This document shows, piece after piece, positions 49,129 through 60,022 of a stretch of DNA of 64,000 nucleotides (position 1 is its first letter; every line of letters starts with the position of its first letter). Source of the stretch: Asterionella formosa (Eukaryota); NCBI GenBank assembly GCA_002256025.1, contig NKIB01012640.1, positions 1 to 64,000 of the forward strand, given 5' to 3'. The notes beneath the pieces were generated by a model. The model was not told the origin of the DNA. It saw only the letters and a list, made by a program, of their open reading frames with translations, and searched no databases. A program made the position numbers and the translations under genes.

Positions 49129-49365
49129 ACACCAGTAGCTACATTCTTGAAAAATTGATTGTGGACAAACGATTCAGAAGGCGAACGAAAAAATATGAAC
49201 TCTCTCTCTCGATGAATTAAAGTTATCATGTAGTATATCTATTTATAACAAAGAGATGGTTCGTTTTACATATCACAACACACTGATTTGACATGATACA
49301 ACAAAACTGCTCGTCATGAGATTGAATGGGTTGAATCTCTACATAGATTATCCACTTTACATGAT

Positions 49366-49945
49366 TTAAATTCCATATTTAATCTTCATTGTCAATAGGC
49401 CCTGTTGTCCCACCAAAATTTCATGAAGAAAACTAAAGAGTCCCAACCATACGATCGGTGTAATGTCCACTCCAAAGGCAGGAGGAATAGCGTTGCGAAT
49501 GGCTCTCAACAAAGGTTCAGTTGGCCATGCCACGAGATTAAAAGGTAATTCATTCAAATTGGTTGTAGGGTACCAGCTTAAAACGACTCGGCAGAGCTAT
49601 TTAGAAAACGAGACGAGAACAAATGGGAATTAGTCAAAACAAGTACAACTCTAATGTGCGATGCATACAAGAATTCCCATTTTTAAAACTCACCATGGCA
49701 AATGAAAATAAATTAAAAAATGGATCCAACACGCTGTAAAGTGGTTGAACCCATGGCTCTGTTTCTGCCAACAGCATGTTTGTTTGCTGCATGGAATCTT
49801 GAAACGACATTAGACTATCCATTAAATTCAATGACGATGGTGACGAGTGAGCAAAGGCAGAAGTGATGGTGCTTTTAGTAGGGACAACAAACGCTGAAGA
49901 AGAATTTACTGTAAGAAAGATGATGACGGCAAATGATCTAATCAT
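49366..49945 (-). CDS. CCB3: Plastid YGGT-family protein, CCB3-like (heme ci attachment to cytochrome b6), 2 exons: 49945-49694, 49596-49366
   Basis: Signal ending SSA-FVVP; spliced FSFAM|LCRVVLSWYP...PTEPLL...IPPAFGVDITPIVWLGLFSFLHEILVGQQGLL matches the CCB3 pattern. Confidence 0.85.
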
Positions 49946-50048
49946 GGTGATGGAAATTGAAAGGAGCGGTGGGACCGTTGTTTTTGGCATGGTGGATGAT
50001 GGATGATGGTATGGTGGAGATGAAGTATGGAAATATTGACACATGATC

Positions 50049-50915
50049 TACCGGTACCGGTACTTGGTACCTGGTACCCCCCTGGTAACAAGATCCAATC
50101 ATCATCATATCATACGTATGTAACGTGCTGGTAACCCTAAGATAAGAACCGTAACACTTCTTAACCACAGACCATGTCGTCATTCCTCAGGCAGCCAGAC
50201 TGACATGACGGAATCATCTGTGTTGATGCGGCAAGGGTATTATGCCAGATTGATTTCAAAAATTGCGGGTGCGACTACCGGCATGCATTCGAAATCACGT
50301 CCTTATATTTCATGGTGGGAAGGACCAGTCGGTACTGGAATACGTATCATTGCGGACCCAGACACCAAAAGTCCTCATCGCAAGAGGTTTGTGTGCGGTA
50401 CTGGTACCAGGTAGCAAATGACTGTACATATCTATTGAAAAGGTCCTACCGTACTCCTTCTCGCGGGCTGGGTCTCTCTTCAGATACCCGCAAATAGTAC
50501 CGGTATACACTAAACGGCAGTTATCTGGTGGTAAAATAAGTCTACACTTTCTGTATACTTTTAGACTCTACTGAATTCCTCTCACGTAGCAGGTTCACGA
50601 TTCTCCTCAGGTAGCCGTACAAAAGTATTCACTCAAGTGTATACCGGTACTTTCCACGTCAACTATCGTGGTGTGCTTTGTGAACGTACAATGTCAGTAG
50701 CGCAGTACCAGGTAGGAGGTAATTGATATTCTACACCACCAGCCAGCGGCCGTTTTCAATTCCCGACTCGATCAACTAGTACCGGTATGCTGGTATAGGT
50801 ACAAATGTACCAGTGCCAACTCCCCTAAACCCTCCTAAAACCTGGTACCAGGGTTTCCAGGTAACATACCGGACTCCGGTACCTGGTACTCCCAAGGACC
50901 AGGCACCGGTACCTT
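50049..50915. repeat. TA-spacer arrays upstream of CCB3
   Basis: 50049-50087 TA-CCGG-TA-CCGG-TA-CTTGG-TA-CCTGG-TA-CCCCCCTGG-TA; further units at ~50400, 50498, 50642, 50706 and 50780-50915. Confidence 0.87.
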
Positions 50916-50940
50916 TGTGACACTTGATAGAACTGACAAC

Positions 50941-51250
50941 ATGCCCCAAGCCACAGGGATCCCACCACATATTGATCACTCACAAAAATTGAGTGAGATT
51001 CTTCTATAAGTCACTCAGATAACATCAATGATGATGCATCAGACAGAGGAAATCAAAGATTCTGTAGCTCAAGCAATTGAAGAGCATGACATCCATGGTG
51101 GTGTCATTACAATCAATTTTCTAAACAATCGGTTGAAAGAGCATCAAAAACAGCTTGAACATGAGCTTTTTGATCATCTTCAACAAGGTGGAATAAATGA
51201 TCAGGTAACTTGATGACTCCCTGAACAAGAACACAAACAAGGTCAACAGA
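50941..51250 (+). mobile_element. Probable Crypton-type (tyrosine-recombinase transposon) fragment
   Basis: MPQATGIPPHIDH followed by SVAQAIEEHDIHGGVITINFLNNRL resembles, from memory, the TGIPPH region of stramenopile Crypton proteins; the recombinase domain itself is absent. Confidence 0.4.
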
Positions 51251-51615
51251 AGGGGATAGATAATACTTTATACCGATATATCATTTTCTGACTAATTCTA
51301 GAATTATGCTAAAACGATCCCCTCTTTTGCCCTTTGGCACAATATTAGTTAGTTCATTAAGCTACATGAGAGTTAGATCATTTTTTAACTTGAACATACA
51401 TTAACTGAGATCTATTCACTTTAAAAGTGACAAAATGGTCGAAGTAGCTCACTGCCATTGATTAAAATTTTACCATACATGTAGTTATTTTATAGGTGAG
51501 GGTTAGAAAACATTATATCGTTTGCATGTTTTTTTCGCAGTAGTTGCATCATTCTTATACTGGTGGTGTTGCATTTTTTCGCACTAGTCATTGCATCGCT
51601 CGTTCTTAGATCTTG

Positions 51616-52420
51616 TCATGTAATCATAGGAGCAACCAAAGGGTGAGGAAGTGGCACCATTACAGTTGCTACTGGTACTGCAGTGTCGCCACGCATCATG
51701 GTGTCATGGCATCTGGTAAGTAGAAGTTGCTTAGTTGTTGGTAATGGAAGATCGCTTGCTTGCTTGTACCATGTTGCCATTGTTTTCGTTTGCGCCACTG
51801 TCCACTCTGCAGCGGGCTGTTTGCTTAGAATTCTGATTACATAAAACCTTGTTTGCAAGCGCCGCCCATGTGTGCATCTATTTTCTTATTCTCTCGCTCA
51901 CTCTGCACTTCTTCCTCATGCCTCTTCCGTTTCAGCTGGTCATCGACCACTTCAGGACCCAATAAGTACCACCCTGCAGCAACATGAAGACCGGCTGTTA
52001 TTCGTTTATTGCTTGCAATCGACCTTAGTGCAGTTTCTTTTCGTTGGCGGGCAAGTTTGTCAAGTTTTATTCCGTTTCTAGCATCCTCATGATTCCGATA
52101 CTGTATGACCTGATCAACAAGGGTTCCAGTGGCTGATGCCTTGGCTCAAGTTTAGTCCAGATGGGGAAATCAAAGAGACTGCCTGGTTGATTATTTTTTG
52201 CTTCTGTTTGCAGATTCGGTACTTGTCAGTTGACTTTCCGGATGGAGCTACAAGCTGTAGTTCAATGGACCCAACCTTGTTCAGCAACAGCTTTTTGGTT
52301 TGAAGCGATATCTTTCGACACCAGATCAACAATGCCATCCCTTTCAACAGCAAATGCAGCACAGCGCTTTTCCTTGGGTGAGTAAGTCTCTTTTGTATTT
52401 TGTGAGTTGAATATTGCAAC
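51616..52420 (-). mobile_element. Decayed C-terminal half of a diatom pogo-like transposase
   Basis: Across frames: LNLSQG..., LVDQVIQYRNHEDAR...KRITAGLHVAAGWYLLGPEV, and EWTVAQTKTMATWYKQASDLPLPTTKQLLLTRCHDT. Confidence 0.55.
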
Positions 52421-53153
52421 TAGAATTTGTCATCAGGGTAGAAATTAATGAGGTAGTATGTCCTGCCAATGACTTTGAATCATTTAGTTTCATAGTAGCA
52501 GGTAATTTGTACTAGTGAATTAGTTGCCCTTCCCGCCTGATTTAGCTTCCGCAAATGGTACTGCTGGACCATAGGTTTTGTTAGCCAAGCCAGTGTAGCC
52601 GCCTTCGATGCAATAATATTCGATATTGCACCATATGGTAGCTAGCTAGTAGTTTGCCATTGTTATTAGCCTCTCAAAGTTTCTAATTATGTAACTATAT
52701 TTTCTTAAATAATTGACTTTACAGTCTTATCCAAAGAATGAGGTATCACCTTGTACTTTTTGGATTTTTGACGTTATTTCTTGGTGTAGGTTTCATCGTT
52801 ATTAATGAGATGACTGCGATTTGCTTCATTTTTTGGTTTGTCGGAAGCGATTTCTGCTGTGAATTATGGTCTCTGACATAAAAATATGGCTCCATGTGTT
52901 AGCCTTCAAGAAATATTGCATTCATTTACTAAGAGTGACTGGTTGATTCATTTACTGCCAGTTTCCACCATGATAGTTGGAAGCGAACATCGGCAGCTAA
53001 ATAAGCAATATTGCTTCTACATAATGAAGCAACCACCAGGCGCTTTATTTGGCTCCTAGGAGCTAAAAAGACATTTGAAAAGCCATCACATCATTCTGTC
53101 CTTGACTTGGTGCATTTGCTTCTTATACATATGCTCACACCATCATCGTAGTC

Positions 53154-54944
53154 ATGCGAGTGCAACGAACCATCCGAGGCCCTCTGAGTCGTAATGCAAA
53201 GCATCTGCAAGGCGGAACTACACTAATGGTATCGATTCTGCTATTATTGACTCCAGTTTTTGCATTGCTCGTTGGATTGTTATACTTTGTTCTAGACGAT
53301 TCAACATTATTAAATGCAAGTCCATCGTCGGCCGTGCGAACATCAACACCAGCCTTGGATGCTATCAAGGCAGCATTCTCAGAACGATACGGTCGAGATT
53401 CGTCCCAAGCGATGCTTGCCAATGGAATACGCAAGTACGGATCCATTCAGACTACAGCAGAACGCATGCTACGTGCTGCTGCTCATAACCGTCCCTTTGT
53501 CATGGCCTTTGGTGGATACTCGGTCACAGTGGGGAGAGGGAACTACTTCAACCAGTCCTTTCCATTCGTGACCAAGCGGGTCCTGGGACAAACATTCCAA
53601 GACCTATTGGGAATACCATTGGAAGTTAGGAATGCAGCCATTGGAGGGATTCCCTCGTTTCCTTATGGATTCTGCATGAAACACTTTCTTGGCGACGATG
53701 CTGATGTGATATCGTGGGACTATAGCATGAATGAAGGCAAGGGGGCGACAGTTTTGGAGTCATACATACGACATGGACTTGCATTGCCACATCAGCCCAT
53801 GATACTGTTGCTAGATACCACTAAGGAGCGATGTGACATTTTGGAACAATATTCTGACATGGGAATTTTGGGCGACGCCATATCCTTGGCCAAAGGTGAA
53901 GTCGTAGACAAGACCTTGTTGGCATTGCCGGACGACCAGCGACCGCCTGGTCTTCGAGAATGGGATCAATTTGGGGCACCTGGCCGTTGTCCGGGTAGGT
54001 CATCATGGCATCCCAAACGTATGGAACATGAACTCATGGGGTGGATGCTTGCCATGCACATGGTGGAAGGTGTCGAAGAAGCTATGAGATTAATGAAGGT
54101 AAACGACAATTGGAAGTTGGAATATGGACAATACGATATTAAGCAACTACGATCTTTCCCACCACCTGTAAACAAAGTCCCAGAAAATGAAGAATCTGTA
54201 ACGCACCTACTGTTTGGTCATCCTGAGGGGAACAATAAGTATACACTGAAGGATATTTCGTGCCGCACTTCCTTTCTTCCTGCAGTAGACCAGAACGGCT
54301 TTCTGCCATCGATTATCGTCAGCGGTTTACACCATGTCGAATCGGACATGATGCTGGAACGAACTGATGCCATGTACACAGATGGTTGGGTCTTGGACGT
54401 TAGTCATGTGGAGCGAGATACAAAGGCAAAAGTAGAGCGTTGTGGCGGTCTCGGATATATAGACATGAAGGTTGCACTATACGGTATTCCTGAAAGTGGA
54501 ACGCTGAGGTTGTGGCTGCCGTATGAAGGACCTACCCAGTCGACTAAGGATGATGCAGCCGCGAAAAACTGGTTTGATACCTTGATTCTATGTGAAGCAA
54601 ATGAAAAACGAAAGGAAGATGCCTGTCAACTTGACAAGCACATGCTGATAATAGTTGGCGGTGTAGAAGTTGAAACAATATTTTACATTGACGGAGCTGG
54701 TGTTTATTTGCACCGAAAGACGTGCGTGAATATTGCCATCCCAATGAGGGCTACGACGACCAAGTTGGGCCAAGTTAAGGATGTCGAAGGAAACCCACTA
54801 ACATCGGTCGACATGACGAGATTAGCCGGTTCGAACCACGACGATAATATGATTGGGCTTGTAGTCGATATCAAGGCCCGAAAGCGAGTCTCGCGGGAAA
54901 ATGGCGCCTGTTGTGTATCGCACATCATTTGGGAGCAGCATTAA
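53154..54944 (+). CDS. Type II membrane SGNH/GDSL-like hydrolase or acyltransferase
   Basis: N-terminal TM anchor; block I AFGGYSVTVG, block II RNAAIGG, block III DYSMNE and block V SWHP; single exon. Confidence 0.7.
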   Translation: MRVQRTIRGPLSRNAKHLQGGTTLMVSILLLLTPVFALLVGLLYFVLDDSTLLNASPSSAVRTSTPALDAIKAAFSERYGRDSSQAMLANGIRKYGSIQTTAERMLRAAAHNRPFVMAFGGYSVTVGRGNYFNQSFPFVTKRVLGQTFQDLLGIPLEVRNAAIGGIPSFPYGFCMKHFLGDDADVISWDYSMNEGKGATVLESYIRHGLALPHQPMILLLDTTKERCDILEQYSDMGILGDAISLAKGEVVDKTLLALPDDQRPPGLREWDQFGAPGRCPGRSSWHPKRMEHELMGWMLAMHMVEGVEEAMRLMKVNDNWKLEYGQYDIKQLRSFPPPVNKVPENEESVTHLLFGHPEGNNKYTLKDISCRTSFLPAVDQNGFLPSIIVSGLHHVESDMMLERTDAMYTDGWVLDVSHVERDTKAKVERCGGLGYIDMKVALYGIPESGTLRLWLPYEGPTQSTKDDAAAKNWFDTLILCEANEKRKEDACQLDKHMLIIVGGVEVETIFYIDGAGVYLHRKTCVNIAIPMRATTTKLGQVKDVEGNPLTSVDMTRLAGSNHDDNMIGLVVDIKARKRVSRENGACCVSHIIWEQH

Positions 54945-55420
54945 GTACAGTGCAAACTGCCATGAAAGGACACAGGAATGAAGAGTTGTTTTCGCTTGTA
55001 TCGTGACTTGTTGTTGTCCTCGCTTTGATGAAAGATTCCCTCTGTTAAAGCAACAAAAGAAGGACAAATAACATTTGGTGAGTTGAACTTTTAGTCAAGT
55101 CCACATGCACGCTCGTTTCATCATTGAAACGGAAGTTTGCAATGAATAATGCAGTGCCGGTAAGCTGCATTTTTTTCGTTTGTCTAGAAACACCGTGCGA
55201 ATATCATTTTGACTTGCTTTTAATCATAACTATAATTGATTCAATCTTACTCCCAGGTAAGAACAACTGACTACCTGGTACCAGTATAGTGAACCAAGGC
55301 CATCACAAGTCGAAAACACGTACAGTTGCTATATTGGACCAAAATTGACATTTGTTTCAATAAATCTGTCTTTGCTAAATCATTAGTTATTCATGACTGC
55401 AATGTGTTAAAGAAGTATCA

Positions 55421-56146
55421 TTAGTGTGCAACAGCATTATAACCTTTTGGTGTGGCCCCACTTGGCTCCCTGACAATGATCGTTTCTTCATAGTATTCAG
55501 CTGCTGAGGGACTATACAAATCACGGTGTCCTTGTTCGTTGAAGAGTTTTTCACTAATCTTCGTCGTCACGAATGTTATTGCTTTCCCGACTCCATCTGT
55601 TGCTCTCTGCAAAAGATGGTGCTTTCGGTTAGCCTCCTTCAGCGAGTTCCAGGAGTATACCACAAACGTTTTGGCCCGTTCCAAGATATTGTGGCGACGG
55701 TCCACTTCTTTCGCTTTTTCCCAAGCGTTATTTGCAGCATCTTGTCCCTTTCTCACAAGATTATGCTTTTGGTTAACCTCGACGGCCTTTTGTCGTGCCA
55801 TCAATGCAACTTGGCCGATGGCTCGTGCACAGTCGCCGGCAGCCCCTTCCTTCTTTGCGAAGTGGGCAGCCCCAAAACCTGTCAAACAGGCAAAGATGGG
55901 ACCTCCAAGTAAGCAACCTATGACTCCCGCACCTACACCTGCACCGACCATCAAGGATTGTTCATATTCTTCAGTAGTTAGGGTCGTGCCACCATCTTCC
56001 ACTCCATCCACTGTGACCATGTTGGAGTCGTGGGACGACAAGGGGTCGACGTCAGTGATTGTCTCCTCAAGTGGAGCTGATGCAGCAGGAACCAGAGGAG
56101 GACTAGCCTCGTCGTCGTCATAGATAAAGTTCTTATTTTCAACCAT
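55421..56146 (-). CDS. Hypothetical protein with a glycine-zipper hydrophobic hairpin and amphipathic repeats
   Basis: Clean 241-aa ORF; GAGVGAGVIGCLLGGPIFACLTGFGAA followed by three (E)VNQKHNL/EVDRRHNI/EANRKHHL repeats. Confidence 0.72.
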   Translation of the reverse strand: MVENKNFIYDDDEASPPLVPAASAPLEETITDVDPLSSHDSNMVTVDGVEDGGTTLTTEEYEQSLMVGAGVGAGVIGCLLGGPIFACLTGFGAAHFAKKEGAAGDCARAIGQVALMARQKAVEVNQKHNLVRKGQDAANNAWEKAKEVDRRHNILERAKTFVVYSWNSLKEANRKHHLLQRATDGVGKAITFVTTKISEKLFNEQGHRDLYSPSAAEYYEETIIVREPSGATPKGYNAVAH

Positions 56147-56286
56147 GGTGGTAACTATCTATGCTCAAATGTCTGGCTGAAGAGGACGTATAAGATTCCT
56201 TGCTGTTGTTCTGTTCAATGTGTAAAGTTCGGATTTTATGTCGCAGAACCTGTGATAGTGGGATGTATCTTAAAACAGAGCTGTCG

Positions 56287-56535
56287 TACCGGTAATAGGA
56301 CCTGGTATTCCTACCAGGTACCCGGTACCTGGAACCAGAGTACCGGTAAAATGATTGTTCCAATGAAGAGCACGACTTGAGAGACGACTCGCTGGACTCA
56401 ATGGAATTGACAACGGGCGCCAGCAAGCAAGGAGTTGCGGGAATTTTGACATCATTATCCACAACTAGATTTTCTCGTTAGCAAATCTTATCAGGACTGG
56501 TACTCCAGTACCAGATACCGTACGCCGGTACCATA
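56287..56535. repeat. TA-spacer units in the divergent promoter of the hypothetical gene and Hv1
   Basis: TACCGGTA (56287), TACCAGGTACCCGGTACCTGG (~56312-56332), TACCGGTA (56341) and TGGTACTCCAGTACCAG (~56499). Confidence 0.82.
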
Positions 56536-56667
56536 CACAGCTATCGATGAATATGAAAATATCAATTCGAAATATCCCATCCACCGCTGTCTCGCGACCT
56601 GGACTGCGAATGCATTTAATGGACCATCATTACTTCTAGTCACAGCTATAAAGTTTTCAATTGAACC

Positions 56668-57558
56668 ATGGAATACGATAGAATGAGCGATGACTCGCAC
56701 CTTTCATCTGTTGTGAGGGCAAACGAGATGCTTCACGTTCGTCAGCCACTGACAAATGTCCTCCCACAACAAGAAGTTGACTCTCGAATCTCGTCATGGT
56801 TTCACATGCCAACGCGACGTTCGGAACATGCTGCAGTCACAGAACGGCACGGGGAAGAATCATGGAAAGCAAGAGCTGTAAGGTTCATCCATTCCAAATT
56901 AGTTCAAGTTGTCCTCATGTCTCTTCTGATTGTTGATGTGTTGGTCCTTTTCGTGGAATTGTTCCTCTCTGCCAGCTATCCTTCGTGCAGTAGCATTGAA
57001 AATGGAGCTATTTCGTGCTGTCCAGCAGCATACGGACAAGCGCAGAGGTGGCTGGCCGACGCGAATGACGATCATGGAGCAGGGGGACTATGCGAAATGC
57101 CTTACGAAGACACTTTGTACCCTGTTGCTTGCAATGAGCATCAGCATCCTGCTCTTCATACAGCTCATCTTGCATTGAGAACGATCTCGATTTCCATCTT
57201 GACTGTTTTTTTCATTGAGCTTTCGGTCTTAATGATTTGCCTTGGTGTTGTACACTTCTTTAACAATTTCTACTATGTCCTTGATTTCGTTGTGGTCATT
57301 GTTTCGCTTGGCCTTGAAATCCTTTTTGCTATGCTGAATGACATAGAGGCTGCCGAACTGGCGGGATTCCTCATTCTCGCTAGGTTATGGCGGTTTGTGA
57401 GAATTGGTCATGGGATTTACTCATCCACCATAGAAATTGCAAATCAGAAGTATAAGGCACTTGTAGAGTACACAAGCAGGTGCGAGCAGGTTATAGAAAT
57501 GAGGGGCCTTAGTCTTCCTCCAGGTCGACCAGTTGTGGTGATGGAGGACGAAGATTGA
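56668..57558 (+). CDS. HVCN1: Voltage-gated proton channel Hv1 (isolated voltage-sensor domain)
   Basis: S1 LLIVDVLVLFVEL carries the selectivity Asp; S2 F.IEL; S3 LDFVVV; S4 ARLWRFVRIGHG (RxWRxxR); no pore domain. Confidence 0.9.
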   Translation: MEYDRMSDDSHLSSVVRANEMLHVRQPLTNVLPQQEVDSRISSWFHMPTRRSEHAAVTERHGEESWKARAVRFIHSKLVQVVLMSLLIVDVLVLFVELFLSASYPSCSSIENGAISCCPAAYGQAQRWLADANDDHGAGGLCEMPYEDTLYPVACNEHQHPALHTAHLALRTISISILTVFFIELSVLMICLGVVHFFNNFYYVLDFVVVIVSLGLEILFAMLNDIEAAELAGFLILARLWRFVRIGHGIYSSTIEIANQKYKALVEYTSRCEQVIEMRGLSLPPGRPVVVMEDED

Positions 57559-57954
57559 CTTGAATTCGATTGACATGGTGACGCAAGCATAGTCTGTTGA
57601 CAGAATTATTTGTTAAGTTTAAGAAAAGCTTTGTTATTGCAAGTCAAATAGTTACCTTGCGCGTACCGTCACTGTCATTTGCATACTACCATGATGTACA
57701 TTTCATGACGATCTCAGCATCCCGCTAAAAGGTAAACAAATCGACAAGGTATAAACCTATTTGAGGAGTGTTCAAAATAATTAGTCTATTAGTGTGCATA
57801 TCCAACTTTGATGAGATGACCGGAATTCTGGAAGAGTGCATGCAGTGCACGACCATGTTTGTCAATGTAACATTGTCCGGTGTCCTTGATTCACATTATT
57901 ATTTTGGGGTTGCACATGAAGTGATCGCAAAGGCTGGTTATTCACGCAAAATGT

Positions 57955-59415
57955 TTACATGGTAGGTCCGTCTTTGACAAATTCGAGTACGAAATCGTTG
58001 GAGACATTGTTCAAGTGAGTCAAGACTTCAATGCTTCCATCCCACAGGTCCGCCTCATGGTATTTGACACCCCACTCCTTGCAGAACGATTCCACAAGTG
58101 CATGGCATTTCTTTAAGTTGTGTCTTGGAATGGTTGGAAACAAGTGATGGTCAACTTGGTATTGTAGTCCTCCGCAGAACCAGTCAACAAAGGCTTGAGG
58201 AATGCCGTGTCCTCCAGTAACGTTACGTGTGGTAGTGACTTGCAACTTCCAAAAGTCTGGTCTTGTCGCCGCATCGTATGTGGCCATACCATTGTGTCCC
58301 AATCCAAAAACAATAGCAAGGAACATTCCACAGGAACACGTCATGATCATGAAGAACGCAACGGAATAAGCGAGAGAGAAACGTCCATAGCCAGACGAGA
58401 CAGCAGCGACCCAAACGTAGTGCAGGGCAATAGCAACCTTTTCTAAAACAGGATATTGAAGACCCTTCTTCTTCATCTCTAGAGCAGCGTTTTCGCTGGC
58501 AGCTCCAAGTCCGTACGCGACCTTGAACGACTCGTTCAGCCACGAGATGCGAGCCAAGAGCAGGATGGGGAAGTAAAAGAATGCTTGGTACTTGATGAGA
58601 AACTTGACAGTCGCAGAGTCCTTCCCTTCGTTCAACTCACGATAAGATTGTGCCTGCTTCAACGACCAAGCCAGTAAGGGCATGGTGTCAATGTCAGGAT
58701 CACCATCTTGGCTGAGGGCCGATGTCGAGTGAAGGTTGGGGACCGCGTGGTGGCCATTGTGTTTGTTCTTCCACCATTGCACACTGTATCCCTGCATGAG
58801 GTTTCCCCAAAAGATGCCAGCCAAGTCACCGTACTTCCGTTGGGCAAATACTTGGTGATGCAAGTAGTCATGAGCCAGCCATCCGCATTGTTGGAAGAAG
58901 AGTCCGAGCAGAAGGGCAGCAGCGACGTGCACAGCAATGGCGTCACTGTAGTAGACCATGGCCATGGCAGCAGCCCACAGACTCATGTTGGAAAAGAACT
59001 TGTAGACATAAAACAGTTTGTTTGACTTGAACATTCCCATGAGCACGAGCTTGGAACGCAAGTCGCGGTAACCTCGCTCAAAGTTCAACTGATGCTGATC
59101 CTTGTGTAGTACGGATTCAGGAATCAATTCACCGATGAGAAACTTCTTCATCATATTGTGAGATCCGGGAGCATGGAAGGCAGCAAAGATGTCCGTCATG
59201 TCATCGCCTGCGTGGGTAAAGATGACAGCGCCACCGGGGTGCTCGTACCAGTTGGAGACGTCGTACACCTTGTTGGAGTGGACAATCCAGGCATCTTCAG
59301 GGTGGTGGTGCTTCTTAACTTCGGCCCATGTGAACTTTTGCGCCGACTTTATCATTTCCGCATTGCCTTGGGCGTTGCTAGACGCGGCCACTGAAGATTC
59401 TCCTCCTTTACCCAT
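57955..59415 (-). CDS. Front-end fatty acid desaturase, delta-6 type (cytochrome b5 fusion)
   Basis: MGKGG start, HPGG heme motif, and histidine boxes HDYLHH, HNGHH and QVDHHLFP; closely resembles diatom delta-6 desaturases. Confidence 0.92.
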   Translation of the reverse strand: MGKGGESSVAASSNAQGNAEMIKSAQKFTWAEVKKHHHPEDAWIVHSNKVYDVSNWYEHPGGAVIFTHAGDDMTDIFAAFHAPGSHNMMKKFLIGELIPESVLHKDQHQLNFERGYRDLRSKLVLMGMFKSNKLFYVYKFFSNMSLWAAAMAMVYYSDAIAVHVAAALLLGLFFQQCGWLAHDYLHHQVFAQRKYGDLAGIFWGNLMQGYSVQWWKNKHNGHHAVPNLHSTSALSQDGDPDIDTMPLLAWSLKQAQSYRELNEGKDSATVKFLIKYQAFFYFPILLLARISWLNESFKVAYGLGAASENAALEMKKKGLQYPVLEKVAIALHYVWVAAVSSGYGRFSLAYSVAFFMIMTCSCGMFLAIVFGLGHNGMATYDAATRPDFWKLQVTTTRNVTGGHGIPQAFVDWFCGGLQYQVDHHLFPTIPRHNLKKCHALVESFCKEWGVKYHEADLWDGSIEVLTHLNNVSNDFVLEFVKDGPTM

Positions 59416-59849
59416 GATGTGTGTTCGGCGGAGGCTTTAGACTACTGAAATATAGTCTGGCTAATAGTGGTGGAGATATAGATGGTGTTCCGGACGAATA
59501 TATGAGAGAGTTTTCTGAGGACATATCTTCCGAGCGAACGTTGCAAATGCGAAACCACGTTAACCGGTAGTGGCTTTATCCGAGGACGAAGAAAGTTAGC
59601 AGCTGACTGGTCATCGATTTGTGTCATACGTGGCCTTTTGTCGTTGGATCTTCCCGTCGGCGACAGTCAACCTAAGGAGAATGACGTTGTAGGAGAAGGA
59701 GTGCGTACAAAAAATCGGTGAGGGATTGCAAGACGGTGAAGATAGAGTGTCAATGACGTGACTCGAAGTCGTGTGTGATGACAAATGTCGGAGTTTGAAT
59801 GTGGTCATCGCTCGGCACCTGCCTCGTCATTTGTGTTCTTCTACAGGTG

Positions 59850-60022
59850 CCTGGTACCAGGTAGTAGTACCTGTTACCAAGTTAGCAGGGGTATCTGTCC
59901 CAGCATCCAATGCAAAGGGGTGTACACCCTGTATGGAGTACCTCGTAAAGGCAACTCCGGGAGACAATGCAACTGGTACCAGGGTACCTGGTACGGTACT
60001 GGTACTGGTACTGGTACCAGTA
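59850..60022. repeat. TA-spacer arrays upstream of the desaturase
   Basis: 59973-60022 CTGG-TA-CCAGGG-TA-CCTGG-TA-CGG-TA-CTGG-TA-CTGG-TA-CTGG-TA-CCAG-TA; CCTGGTACCAGGTA at ~59850. Confidence 0.9.

Noticed and set aside
3855..57558. A functional 'acidic vesicle/silicification' gene cluster (RXL protein, RabGAP, SLC38, CLC, Hv1, GT64)
   Set aside because: The genes are interspersed with unrelated plastid, mitochondrial and nuclear genes over >50 kb; adjacency in a eukaryote is not evidence without co-expression or synteny.
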